Positions 36,995 through 49,168 of a DNA stretch of 64,000 nucleotides are shown one piece after another; position 1 is the stretch's first letter, and the number at the start of each line of letters is the position of its first letter. The notes below the pieces were generated by a model. The model was not told where the DNA came from and did no database searches. It saw only the letters and a program-made list of their open reading frames with translations. The stretch is from Azolla caroliniana. Lineage: Eukaryota; Plantae; Polypodiophyta. The translations under genes and the position numbers were made by a program. Where the stretch lies: positions 11,656,001 through 11,720,000 of the forward strand of contig JBHGNT010000015.1 of assembly GCA_043228905.1 (NCBI GenBank). Direction: 5' to 3'.

Positions 36995-37002
36995 ACATAT
37001 TT

Positions 37003-37471
37003 ATTGAATTGCATGTGTATGTATTGTAGTGCATGTGTTGTATCATGTATCTATGGAATGTGTGTGTTTGTGTGTGAATGTTCTATACATGTGCATTTGT
37101 ATGTATTGTATTGTATGTATGAAATGTGTGTATGCATGTATGTATGTGTTAGATGTGTGTGTGAGTATATGTTCTATACATGTGCATATGCATGTATTGT
37201 ATTGCATGTGTGTGTGTGTATGTGTTGTTTGTGTGTGTTTTGTATTGCATATGTGTGTATGTATGTGTTGTTTGTGTGTGTTTTGTAATCCATATGTGTG
37301 TATGTATGTGTTGTTTGTGTGTGTTTTGTATGTAATCCATATGTGTGTATGTATGTGTTGTTTATGTGTGTTTTGTATTGCATAAGTGTGTATGTATGTG
37401 TTGTTTGTGTGTGTTATATATATGTGCATAGGTATGTATTGTATTGCATGTGCATATGCATGTATTGTATT

Positions 37472-37522
<51 letters not shown>

Positions 37523-38018
37523 TATGTTCTATACGTGTGCATATGTATGTATTATATTGCATGTCTTTGTATGAATGTGTGTGTGTGTGTGTTATAAACA
37601 TTAGTTGTGGCAGTGGCTACAGAGGATAGAGGCAACCAAAGGTGACCAACGAGGTGAGATAAGGCGGCACAATGAGGCGAGCAGAGGCGGCAACCACAAT
37701 ATGAAGAGAACAAAGGCAGTTGCAAGGAGACTAGAAGCAACAAAAACAAGGAGAATTGAGGCAACAACAACGAGGAGAACAGAGGTGGCAAAACCAAGAG
37801 AGTAGAGGCAACATTAGGCAGCAAAACTCTAAATTAAAAACTGTGAATGTATGAATGTATTTATCTATGAATGAATGAATATATGTATACATGTATGAAT
37901 GCATGAATATATGTATTCTTGCATGAATGTATGTATGTATATGTATATGTATATAATGTACATATGTATATCTAGTATGTATATGTAATGTATCTATGTA
38001 TGAATATACATATGTGTA
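37003..38018. repeat. Low-complexity TG/TATG/GA microsatellite-like tract
   Basis: (TG)n, (GA)n, TATG and about 38-bp degenerate units; purine-rich island at 37605-37830. Confidence 0.9.
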
Positions 38019-40788
38019 CAGTAGACATTCAGTTAAGTGCGCACTTTGAATGCAAGGAAGATGTGTGCACTTAACCAAGCCGTGCACTTAGGGCTTTTAA
38101 GTAAAAAAAATTCCCCCAATTTTGTTTCCTCTCTTCTCTTTAGCAGAAAGCACAGCCCAACCAACCATAACAGAGACCCTCTCTTCTTCCATAATCAGCC
38201 CATTGGTGGTCCTAGTGCTACTCCAATCCATGTTCTTACTCCAAAATTCATCTTTAGGTATGTATTTTCTTTCCTATCTGTTTTTTGTGTCTCTTTCTTG
38301 TGAATGAATATGAGAGAAGGAAGAGAAGAGAGCTTCTAAATTTGTGAACAATTTAGATGGTAATGTGTTAATTATTTAGAAATTATGCACAATTTCTTTA
38401 GTTTGATATCCACATATTTTGTTGTGGCTGATATGGCATGGGGTTTAGGAGAAATAATCCACATATTTGGCTGAAATAGGGTAAGAAAAATATCTATAAG
38501 TAGGGTTTTGAATCCACAAAATTTGATTGATGGCTGAAATAGAGTAAGAAAAATATCCATAAGTAGACATTTGTTTGGAAGATGTCCATAAGCTATTAAT
38601 CAATTAATCTATTAATAGCTTTCCCATCATGTTAGTCCACATAATAAGCTATTAATTGATTATTCGATTAATCGATTAATGGCTTATTAGCTTTCTCCTC
38701 ATAGACCCATGCCCAACCTATTTAATGGTAGCATTGGAACATCTAAGTTCAATTCATGATGCATTTCATAACATTAGTTTTTCTCCAAAGCAAAGTTTCA
38801 ACGAAAGTAGGTCTAGATTTATCCACATCCTAACATGTGTGCCTCCTTGATGTATAATACTCCAACTTAATTGGAGAAGACCCAATTCATTCGTCTATGA
38901 ATTTTAAGTTATTTGTAACTTCAATAAGGTTGTATGCATTAAATGTCAAAGAGTTTAAACCTTTAAAAGGTTTTGTACATCTAAACTTGATTGATAGGGG
39001 AGGAAATATTGAGAAGAATTTAGCTAATTAGCATTGCACATTACAGAGATGAATTTAACCCATAAGCGAGGTGCTGGACTTCGTTTGAATGATGAACAAA
39101 GGCTACAAATTTTAGATTTAGTGGAACAACCATCATCTCCTTCTCTTCGTAACATAGGTAGACAATTTGGTGTACACGAATCCGCTATTAGAAGTTTGAT
39201 CAAGAAGAAAGATGAGATACGATTGCATGCTCAACAAAAAGATCACAATGCAAGAAACAAAATTTTTAGAGGATCAAAAGGAAAATATCCTAAATTAGAG
39301 GAATGCTTGTATGCTTGGATTGATGCATCTCGTTGATTGTCAATTGTATTGCCGCCATCTGTTATTATGGAGAAGGCTCGACGATTGGCATCAGAAATGA
39401 ATATTTCTAACGATGACTTCAAAGCAACTTGGGGCGGGTTTAGGAAATTTCGTCATCATCAATGTTTGAATACTATTAATTTATATGGTGAAGGAGGGGC
39501 AGTTGATAGAAATGACCCTGAATTGTTGGCTTCTTTGGAAAGCTTTATGCTATAGTAAATGAGTATGATCCTAACAATGTTTACAATATGGATGAAATTG
39601 GTTTGTTTTTTCGATTAGCTCGAAGATACACAGTGCTTTTGCCTAGTGAAGATCCAACACCAATTCGAGGTAAGAAAAAATTGTTAGATATAGTTACCTT
39701 AGTTGTTTCTTGTAATGCAACTAGAACTGAAAAAGTGCCAATTACTATGATTGGAAAGGCTAAGGAACTAGCTTGTATTCATGGTCATTGCCTTATGTCG
39801 CACAAAGAAATGCTTGGATTGATATCCATTGCTTTAATAAGTGGTTTGATTAAGTGTTTGTGCCATTTGTTCATTCTCGAACTAATCGCAAAGTGCTTTT
39901 AATCCTTGATAATGCACCTGGTCATGCAGAAGCATTTGAACGTGATGCTATCAAAGTGATTTTTTTCCCGGAAAATGTCACATCTTGGAAGCAACCGATG
40001 GATATGGGAAACATTGCAGCTTTGAAAAAGAGGTATAAATATCATTTGATAAGAGAAATCTTGGCATATCATGATAGTCTAGATTATGTTAAGACTCATT
40101 TGGAAGATGTTGCTAAATGTATGAGAAGAGGCTCTATTGGTTTAGTTTTTGGAAAGTCGCCACATTTGCTAGATGTCATGAATCTCATTGTTACTGCTTG
40201 GAATGAGATCAAGCAAGAGACAATTTTTAATTGCTATAGAAAGGCAGATATTATTCTATCATTTCGTGCTAATGATGTTGATTCAGAAGGTGGTGAAATG
40301 GAAGATCAATGCATTGATGATCTTGTTGCTTTGCTATGTAATTGCAATTTGCTTGAAAATGCACATGTAGAAGAAATTTGAGATGAGATCATGGAATGTG
40401 TAAATGCATATTCAAATGAATCAGAAAAACTTAATCAAAATCTCCTTGAAGAGATTGATGAAGTTATAACACAAGCTTCCAATGCCAATGAATCAAGTGC
40501 TCGTCGAATCATTCAAGAAACAAATTCTGCCATTGTTTCTAAGCGTATCGCTAAAAGTAGGCAAATGACCTTACGTGATTTTGGTATGAAGTAGAGAAAA
40601 ACTGAAAATCATATTTTTGTTGATCATTTTACTGTTTTCTAAATGTTTGGAACAAATTTCTATTTGGTCTGATGTAATTTCATCCTGAAATAATGGAATT
40701 TTTTTTATCTAGATTTTGACCTCTAAAAAAACCGCACTTAATAGAATGGTATACTTAAGTGGACACGCTCTTAACCGAATGTCTACTG
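38019..40788 (+). mobile_element. pogo/Tigger-like Tc1-mariner DNA transposon with both ends
   Basis: TIRs CAGTAGACATTC(A/G)GTTAAG at 38019 and 40788, each flanked by TA. Confidence 0.93.
39049..40594 (+). pseudogene. pogo-like transposase (psq HTH, CENP-B HTH, DDE_1)
   Basis: SLRNIGRQFGVHESAIR, KYPKLEECLYAW, NMDEIGLF, LILDNAPGH, QPMD (30 residues between the last two Asp); stops and frameshifts. Confidence 0.92.
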
Positions 40789-42790
40789 TATATGGAATAT
40801 GTAATGTATGTATGAATGAATGAATATATGTATGCATGTATGTATGAATACATATATATATGTATATATATATATATATGTAATATGTAACGTATGTATG
40901 TATGAATGAATAAATATATGTGTGTAATGTATGAATGAATATATGTATGTACATGTATGAATGTAGAATGTGTATATATATAATATGTAATGTATGTATG
41001 TTTGTATGTGTATGCTTATATCCATACATGTGTCTGTGGATGTTTGTTTGTAATATGTATGTATATATGTACATATTCTAGTTTGTATGACCCCATGTGA
41101 CCTACATATATGGTGATATGTGGAATATGCATGTATGTGTATGAATGTATGTTTGTAAAATTTATACACATATGATTGTAGCCATAAGTACATATATACG
41201 TGTAGCAATGTATGAATGAATATATGCATGTCCATGTATGAAGGCACATATGTATATGAATATGTAATGTATGTATGTATGTATGTGTATTCATCATATG
41301 TTAATGTACATGATTCAATGTGTATGGATGTGTGATTGTAATATATGCATAATATCTATGTATATATCTAATGTATGTATGTGTATGTATATATGTACTA
41401 TGGTAGTGTGTATGATCATGTGCGTGCGTGTGTGCGTGTGTGAGTGTGTGATTATATGTATGTATGTATGCAATGTATGTATGGATGGATGGATGTGTGT
41501 TTGTAAAATTTATATATGTAAAGTTGTAGATATATGTACACATATACGTGTAGTAATGTATGAATGAATATATGTATGTACATGAATAAATGCACGTGCG
41601 TGTATACATGTAATATGTAATGTATTTATGTATGTATATTTTTAGGGTATTTTCAGGTTTAGTATGTGTATGGCTCATATAGGGATGTATGTTTGCAATA
41701 TACACATAGTATGTATGCATATATCCAATGTATGTGTAAGTATACATATATTTAATGTGTGTGTATGGTATTGTAGTTTGTATGACCTATAAATATGGGG
41801 ATATGTGGAATATGTATGTACGTATGTATGTATTTGTATGCATATATGTATATGTCAATGTACACAATTCAATGTGTATGGATGCGTGTTTGTAATATTT
41901 GCATAATATGTATCTATATATCTAATGTGTGTATGTGTATGTATATATGTACAATTGTCGTGTGTATGACCATGCACATTACAAAATGCAAGACCCAAAT
42001 GGGGCTTAGCACCACAAATATGGTTGTTCCCACCACCAATCACATAACTTGGTTATGGAGTGGTGGAGTGTTGATACTATTTATCCTTGAGGGATGCGAC
42101 TAAAGGAAGAATGCAACATACCAATGGTAGCTTGATGGTACGCCAATTTTCTGGTAATAATTGTTTATAACTAATGAAAGGATATTATCTAGGAATAAAA
42201 AATAAAATAAAATATGTACGTAATATTCACGTATATGCCCGATGTATGTCTAAGTATACATATATCTAATGTGTGTATATGTATGTATATATGTAAGTAT
42301 TGTAGTTTCTATGGTGTGATATGTGGAATATGTATGTACATATGTAGTATATCTATGTATGTATGTGTATGTAAATTTGTATATTGTGTAATATGTATGG
42401 ATTATATGATATGTAGTATGTAATTTATTTATGTGTGTGTGTATGTAAGTATATGTATGTATGTAATATATGGACTTGTTTGTATGTATGTAGATTTCTA
42501 ATACATATAACATATAATCTTACATATTAATGTGTATGTGTATATATATAATGTGTCATTGATTTATTTATGTATTTTTTGTGTTTGGTTACTGGTATGT
42601 ATGTATGTATTTGTATATAATTATGCGTATAATAATATATGTGTGTAATATGTAGTATATAAAATATTTTTGTTAAGGTGTATAAAATATATGTACTTTG
42701 TAATTTCTATGTATGTAAATATATATGGCTGATTCTAATATGTATGTAGCATGTATATATAAATATATACATGTATTTTTTTATTTTTTT
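40789..42790. repeat. TATG-rich low-complexity tract with duplicated blocks
   Basis: Continues the tract left of the pogo element; blocks near 41080-41400 recur near 41775-41970. Confidence 0.85.
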
Positions 42791-42879
42791 TATAAAAAGA
42801 TATCCTATCATTAGTATAAACAATTCACAAGATTTTAAAACATCTATGTGATTGGCAAGGGAAACAACCATTTCGGAGA

Positions 42880-43483
42880 CTAAAAATACCAATAAGGAGT
42901 GCCATAATTGGATTTCATGAATGGATTCATTGTCCAGATAATAAGAAACTCACTCCGTTGAGCAATTTTAGCCGCAGAATCTCCAACTATACCATCCCAT
43001 TGACCCTTCAAAGTATGAACTATGTCCAACCAAATATTCGAAACCACTTCACCTGGTGGTGTTTTAAGTTGATAGAAAACGAGAGAGCATCGAGCCTTCC
43101 AAATGTGATATACAATGGTACTACTCAATATCTCCCATACTGGCTGTACTTCCTTCCTTACTCCTAAAAACTGTAATGACAGTAGTGGTAATGTATGAAC
43201 ACTTCCATATTTAGTGTAAAACCCATGGTCCATAGGTTCATTGTCATAATGGAACGCATCACAGACAAGTGATGTCCAAACCACCATGCCCCAAGTGAAA
43301 ACCAAGGGGGGAAAATAATTAGCAAAAACTAAGGAGTCATTGCCATATTTGTTGAGACTCAATGCATTCCCATAAACAATGTTTTTGAGTTTCCATTTGT
43401 GATATGTTTTTGGGTTTCCATTTGTAATTGACATCGAATACAACTTTAGAAGATACTCCCATCCTATGCAACCATGTGCCTAC
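42880..43483 (-). pseudogene. L1-clade LINE ORF2 3' fragment (zf-RVT and C-terminal region)
   Basis: CIRCQLQMETQKH..CLWECIESQQIW and YHIWKARCSLVF; interrupted by the D LTR at 43484. Confidence 0.8.
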
Positions 43484-43783
43484 TGTCATGATATGGCAAG
43501 ACTCGAACCCATGACTTCATGTTACATGAGTCGAGCTCTTGACCATTAGACTATATGTTGTAATACAAAAAATATTATTTTCATTTAAGTTTTACTATAG
43601 AAAATTGATGTATATTCTTGATTTCTCTGGGACATTCTAGAAACTTCAGGAGTACTCCTGAGAACACTATAAAAGGAGGCACAAGGCATTACTTCGAACC
43701 AAATCGGTTCAACGCCAGTCTTAAGCCTCTTAGCTACTATTGTATATTTTCTTAACATAATATATATCTTTTGTTATCATCAT

Positions 43784-43815
<32 letters not shown>

Positions 43816-43949
43816 ACTCACTCACTCTTTCCTTCTCTCGAGAGTTCTACACCTCCCTTAGTACTAATCCTCATCTTTTAGTACTAATTCCTTCTGTGCC
43901 TTAATATTGTTCCTGACAGTACTTCTGTGTCTTAGTATTGTTCATGACA
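43484..43949 (+). repeat. 5' LTR of chromovirus D (last 31 bp duplicated)
   Basis: Matches 59635-59899 and, inverted, 61242-61662; TATAAAA at 43668; ends TGACA at both 43918 and 43949. Confidence 0.9.
43500..43553 (-). promoter_or_regulatory. Pol III A/B-box-like pair at the U3 edge of the D LTR
   Basis: Minus strand TAGTCTAATGG ... GGTTCGAGTC, 44 nt apart; repeated at 59651-59704 and 61599-61651. Confidence 0.6.
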
Positions 43950-44043
43950 GTTTGAACAAATTTGTTATCCTTCCTTCTCTTCCTTTATCTTCTTACTTCT
44001 CCCTCCCTTCATACTAATCTCTTATTCCTCTTTCTCTCATACT

Positions 44044-44425
44044 ATGGCCACTGTTAGCACTCAAGAATATCAATATGATTTTTCGGAGTTGCAATTCTTG
44101 AAAGAGAAGTTTCTCGCATTGGAACAAGAAAATCAACGGCTCTTGGGGGAGTTTCAACAAATCTCCTTAGAGAAGCAGCAGACACAACAACAACATGGGG
44201 AACTACCGTTACGCGTGCAACAACTCGAAGCTACCATACTCACGATGCAACAACAAGGACCCAGTACGCAAGGGGTTCATAAAGAACCCAAGATCGGCCT
44301 TCCCATGAAATTCGATGGAAGAGCAATCGCAGTTTAGAGGATTCTTTAATCAGGTACGATTAGTCATTCAAATGCATCCTTCCCGATATCCCACCGATGC
44401 ATCATGAGTGGGTTTAGTTGGCACG
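44044..44425 (+). pseudogene. chromovirus D gag N-terminus
   Basis: Coiled coil then KEPKIGLPMKFDG; continues after F at 49832. Confidence 0.8.
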
Positions 44426-45068
44426 TGTCGTAATTCCGTGCTCGGCCACCACCGAGGAACAGGATCGATTCACAGAGAACGGGAAGTACAAGAATGCACG
44501 AAAAACAATAGAGAGAAGGGCACACTGGATGTTTTACGTGGAAAACCCTAAATGGGAAAAACCACGGGAGTGCAAGACTCCAACTATCACTATACGCGGG
44601 AATGTACAATGGCGAGCTGCAAGGCGACGACCTTGAGCTCGCTGTCCTCGCCACAGGCGGCGGTATTACACAGAGGCGTCGACCTCTTCCTTCCTCCTTC
44701 TCTCTCACTCTCTCTCGGCTGCTCTCACTTCGCTCCCTCTTAGTGGAAAACAGAAAATGAGCAACAACAGACTTAACTGTTTGCCCTAAGTCATATTTAT
44801 ACACATATGACTTTCGGGCTATTTACAAATATAGCCTCAAGGGCTCTTGGCAAACATATTCACAAATATGTCTCCGCATCCGGATCTCTCTCCGGGTACA
44901 TTCGTCATCCGGCTCCGTAACCGGGGTCTTCATCATCCGGCTCCGTAGCCGGGGTCTTCATCATCCGGCTCCGTAACCGGGGTCTTCATCATCCGGCTCC
45001 GTAACCGCAACCGGGCTTGCCGTCATTCATCTCCGGACATCCCATCCGGAGGGACCGAAATCCCAACA
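44426..45068 (-). repeat. 3' LTR of copia F
   Basis: Direct repeat of 49184-49826; contains a 28-bp tandem array at 44905-45007. Confidence 0.97.
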
Positions 45069-45078
45069 AACTCCCCCT

Positions 45079-48000
45079 TCACTTCGGCATGGGATGTCTC
45101 TCCAGTCCGATCCTCTTCCGGCATGCTTCCAGCTTGTCGGGTGTGAGCACCTTGGTCAGCATATCCGACCCGTTCTCGTCCGTGTGGACCTTCGTCAGCA
45201 CGAACTCCTTGTCTTCTATCCTTTCCCGGATCCAGTGATATCTTCGCTGGATGTGCTTCGTCCGGGAGTGATAAGCCGCGTTCTTCGCAAGGTGGATGGC
45301 ACTCTGACTGTCGCAGTAGAGTCGGTACTCCTCCTGCTGGATACCGAGCTCTCTAATGAAGTCCTTCATCCATATTATTTCCTTGCCGGCTTCAACAGCC
45401 GCCATGTACTCCGCCTCCGTGGTTGACAACGCAACCGTCTTCTGCAGCCTCGACTGCCACGAAACAGCTCCACCTGCATACGTCATCACATACCCTGATG
45501 TGGACCGGCTGGTATCTGCATCAGCCGACATATCCAAATCGGTAAAGCCGTCGAATTCGGGCTTACCGGAGCCGAATCGGAGGCACACGTTTGCCGTGCC
45601 CTTCAGGTATCGGAGTATCCACTTGACCGCGTTCCAGTGCTCTTTGCCGGGATTGCTCATGTACCGGCTCACCACTCCAACTGCATATCCTATGTCCGGT
45701 CTTGTACACACCATTGCGTACATTAAGCTTCCGACGGCAGAGGCATATGGTACTTTCATCATGTCCTCCTTCTCAGCCTTTGTCTTGGGGCTTTGCTTGC
45801 TGGACAACTTGCAGTTTCCCGGGAGGGTTGACCCGACCGGTCTTGCTTCCGACATGTTGAACCGGTGAAGCACCTTTGTCACGTACTTCTCCTATGACAG
45901 CCACAACTGCTTCTTCTTCCGGTCCCGGATGATGTGCATCCCTAGTATTTGCCTCGCCGGACCCAGGTCCTTCATTGAGAAGGTTCGGTGAAGCGCTTTC
46001 TTCAGCGTCCGTATCTTGACCTGGTCCCGTCCGACGATCAACATGTCGTCCACGTACAGGAGGAGTATTAGAGAGTCTCCTCCTTCGAACTTCTTCACAA
46101 ACACGCAGTGATCAGACTGCGTTTTGTGGTACCCTTCGTCGGTCATGAAGGAGTCGAACTTCCGGTACCATTGCCGGGGAGCCTGCTTCAGTCCGTAAAG
46201 GCTCTTCTTCAACCGGCATACCAGGTGCTCCTTCCCTTTCTTCTCGAATCCTTCCGGTTGCTGCATGTAGATCTCTTCTTCGAGGTCACCGTGAAGGAAT
46301 GCCGTCTTCACGTCCATCTGTTCTACCTCGAGGTCCATGCTTGCCGCTATGCTCAGCATCGTCCGGATGGAGGTCATCTTCACTACCGGGGCGAATATCT
46401 CGTCGAAGTCGACGCCCTTCTTCTGCTGAAACCCCTTCACCACGATCCTGGCTTTGTATCTCGGGGGGTTTCCGGCATCTCCCGGTTTCAGCTTGAACAC
46501 CCACTTGTTTCGAAGTGCCCGCTTTCCTTTCGGCAACTCCACAAGTTCATATGTCTGGTTCTCATGCAGGGAGTCCATCTCGTCCTGCATGGCACTCAAC
46601 CACCTGCGGCTCTGGGTGTCATGCTTTGCTTCTTCAAAGCTCTCCGGCTCCCCTTCGTCGGTTAGCAGCACGTGCTCTGGTTCCGGAAATCTCCGGGGGG
46701 CCCTTCTCTCTCTTAGAGGATATCTCCGTTCCGGAGCTTCGGTAACCGGTTCTTCCGATTCTTCTTCATCCGAATCCATTTCGGGATCGGGGCCGGTTCC
46801 GGTATCATTTTCATCTTCTTCGGCCGGTTCTGTTTCTTCATAGTCTTCGGCCGGATCCTCGAGTGTTAACCGGTCCCTTGCCGGTCGGGACTGCTCCTCG
46901 TAGAGTTGATCCTCACCGGTCGACTTGGAGCTCTTCATCTTCTTCTCCGACTCCCAGTCGGCGAGTGTCTTGTCCTCCATGAAGATGATGTCTCGACTCC
47001 TGAATATCTTCTTGTCGACCGGGTCCCATACTCGGTAGCCGAACTCGTCGTCGCCGTAACCGAGGAATATGCATGGCCGGGTCTTTGGATCTAGCTTTCC
47101 TCTCCGGTCCTTTGCCACATGCACGTATGCGAGACACCCGAACACCTTCAGTTGCCGGTAGGACACTTCCTTACCGGTCCACACTTTCTGCGGCGTGTCT
47201 CCGTCCAAAGGTACTGAGGGTGATCTGTTTATCACGTATGTCGCCGTCGACATTGCCTCAGCCCAAAACCCCTTGGGTAATTTCGCATGCGCCAGCATAC
47301 TCCGGACCCTCTCCATTATGGTCCGGTTCATCCTCTCGGCCAGCCCGTTTAGTTCCGGCGTCTTCGGCACAGTAAACTCGAGCCGGATTCCCTTCGAGCG
47401 ACAGTACTCCTGGAACTGCCCCCGGTATTCCCCTCCGTTATCCGCTCGTATCGCTTTCAGCTTCTTGCCGGATTCCCTTTCCACTCTCGCGTGGAGTTCT
47501 TTGAAGACGGACAACACTTGGTCCTTTGTCTTCAACGGCGCCGTCCACAGCTTCCGGCTGTGATCATCAATGAAAGTCACGAAGTACTGGGCTCCGCCAT
47601 GTGACTTCGTTTCTACCTGACACACATCCGTGTGCACCAACTCCAATGGTGCGCTACGTCTCGTCGGTGGCCTTGAGTGGAAGGAGGTTCGGTTCTGCTT
47701 ACCGGCCAGGCAATCGGTGCACTTCTCCAGATGCACATGCTTCACTGGAATGAGGTTGTCTTCTGCAAGCCTCTTCATCCCCTTCTCGCTCATGTGGCAC
47801 AGTTTCTTGTGCCACAGCTCACCGGCAGTGTCGGCTGCCACGTTCAGCTCCTCCGGACATAGCCGGGAATTCATCAGGTACAGGGTGTTGACCTTCCGGG
47901 CCCGAGCCACTATTAGGCTCCCCTTGCTGAACTTCATGACACCGTTCCGGATGCTACCCGTGTAGCCTTCATCATCTAGCCTCCCGGCCGAGATCAAGTT

Positions 48001-49152
48001 CAATCGGACCTCCGGAACGTGTCGCACATCCTTCAACAGCATCTTGCATCCGGTTGATGTCAACAGCCACACGTCTCCTATGCCGGCAATCCGGCATGTG
48101 CCTTCATTTCCCATCCGGACACAGCCGTACTCACCGGCTGTGTAGGATGAGAAGTATTTCTTCTCCGGGGTCAGGTGGAACGACGCTCCGGAATCGACCA
48201 CCCAGGTCATCTCTACACCGGCAAGGTTCAGCTCCCTCTCTTCGGTAATAAGAATTATCTCTTCTTCACTTGCCGCGAGTGCCGTCGTTCCTTTCCGGTC
48301 CTGCCCTCGCCGATCCGGACCTCTCCGGTCTGTGGCTCCCCGGTATGCACCGTTTCTCTCCGGTGACTTCTTCGAATCGGTGTCGTCGGCTCCGTTGTCC
48401 TTTCGGTAATGCCGACAATTCTTTCGGAAGTGCCCCGGCTTCCCACAGTGGAAGCATGTTGGCCTTCCTCTTGACTGCGACCGGGTCCCCGACTTCTCCC
48501 GTCTTTGCGGACTCCGGTTCCATTGTCTTCCCCGATCCGATTCGGTAAGCAGCATCTTCTGATCAGAAACCGGTTCTTTATCTCTCCGACGCGCTTCTTC
48601 GTTCAAAATACTTGTCTTTACCGTTTGTAGGGACAAGTTATCTTCGGCGCAGGAGGTGCTGAGAGTCACCACCAAGTTCTCCCAGCTGTCCGGCAATGTA
48701 CACATCAGGATGATGGCTTGCATTGCATCCTCCAACGGGAACTTGATCGCCGAAAGCTGGTTCACGAATCCCATGAACGTGCTTACGTGTTCCACCATAC
48801 TCTCGCCGTCCCGGTACTTGAGGTTCACTATCTTTCTCATCAGGGAGGTCCGGTTCAACGCATTCTTCCTCTCGTAGAGGCCCGACAGCTTCCGCCACAT
48901 CTCATATGCGTTGGTGTCGTTCGCCACGTGTTGTAGAACGCTCACGTCGACGTATTGCCGAATGGTTGCAACGGCTTTCCGGTTCAGAAGCCTCCACTCC
49001 GTCTCAAGTACCCCCTTGGGTATTTCCGACCTGTCGATCGGTTCATACAGGTCCCGAACAATGAGCAGATCCTCCATCTTTATCTTCCAGTCGGCGTAGT
49101 TCTGCGCATTTAGCACCATCATCCCCGGCTGCCCGCTGCTGCGGCCTTCCAT
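45079..49152 (-). pseudogene. gag-pol: copia F gag-pol polyprotein with a single in-frame TAG
   Basis: The 1086-aa and 267-aa ORFs are in one frame, split by TAG at 45892-45894 (LS*EKY); CCHC, DSGAS, HTDV/DNGGE/E, LYVDD, RNase H. Confidence 0.96.
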
Positions 49153-49168
49153 TTTCTGTATTACCGTC

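Noticed and set aside
36232-36999. Clean solo LTR with TSD
   Set aside because: Flanks AGAAA and ACATA do not match, the first base is G, and 36232-36260 resembles an internal LTR segment, indicating a rearranged junction.
37004-42513. Cys/Val-rich and His/Thr-rich ORFs outside the pogo element
   Set aside because: Translations of TG/TATG low-complexity DNA.
44905-45007. CRISPR-like 28-bp palindromic repeats
   Set aside because: Units are contiguous with no spacers, lie inside both LTRs of a copia element, and no cas genes are present.
45892-45894. Programmed stop-codon readthrough in copia F
   Set aside because: Stop lies inside RT at a conserved Gln position, not at a gag/pol or pol/env boundary; a C>T mutation is simpler.
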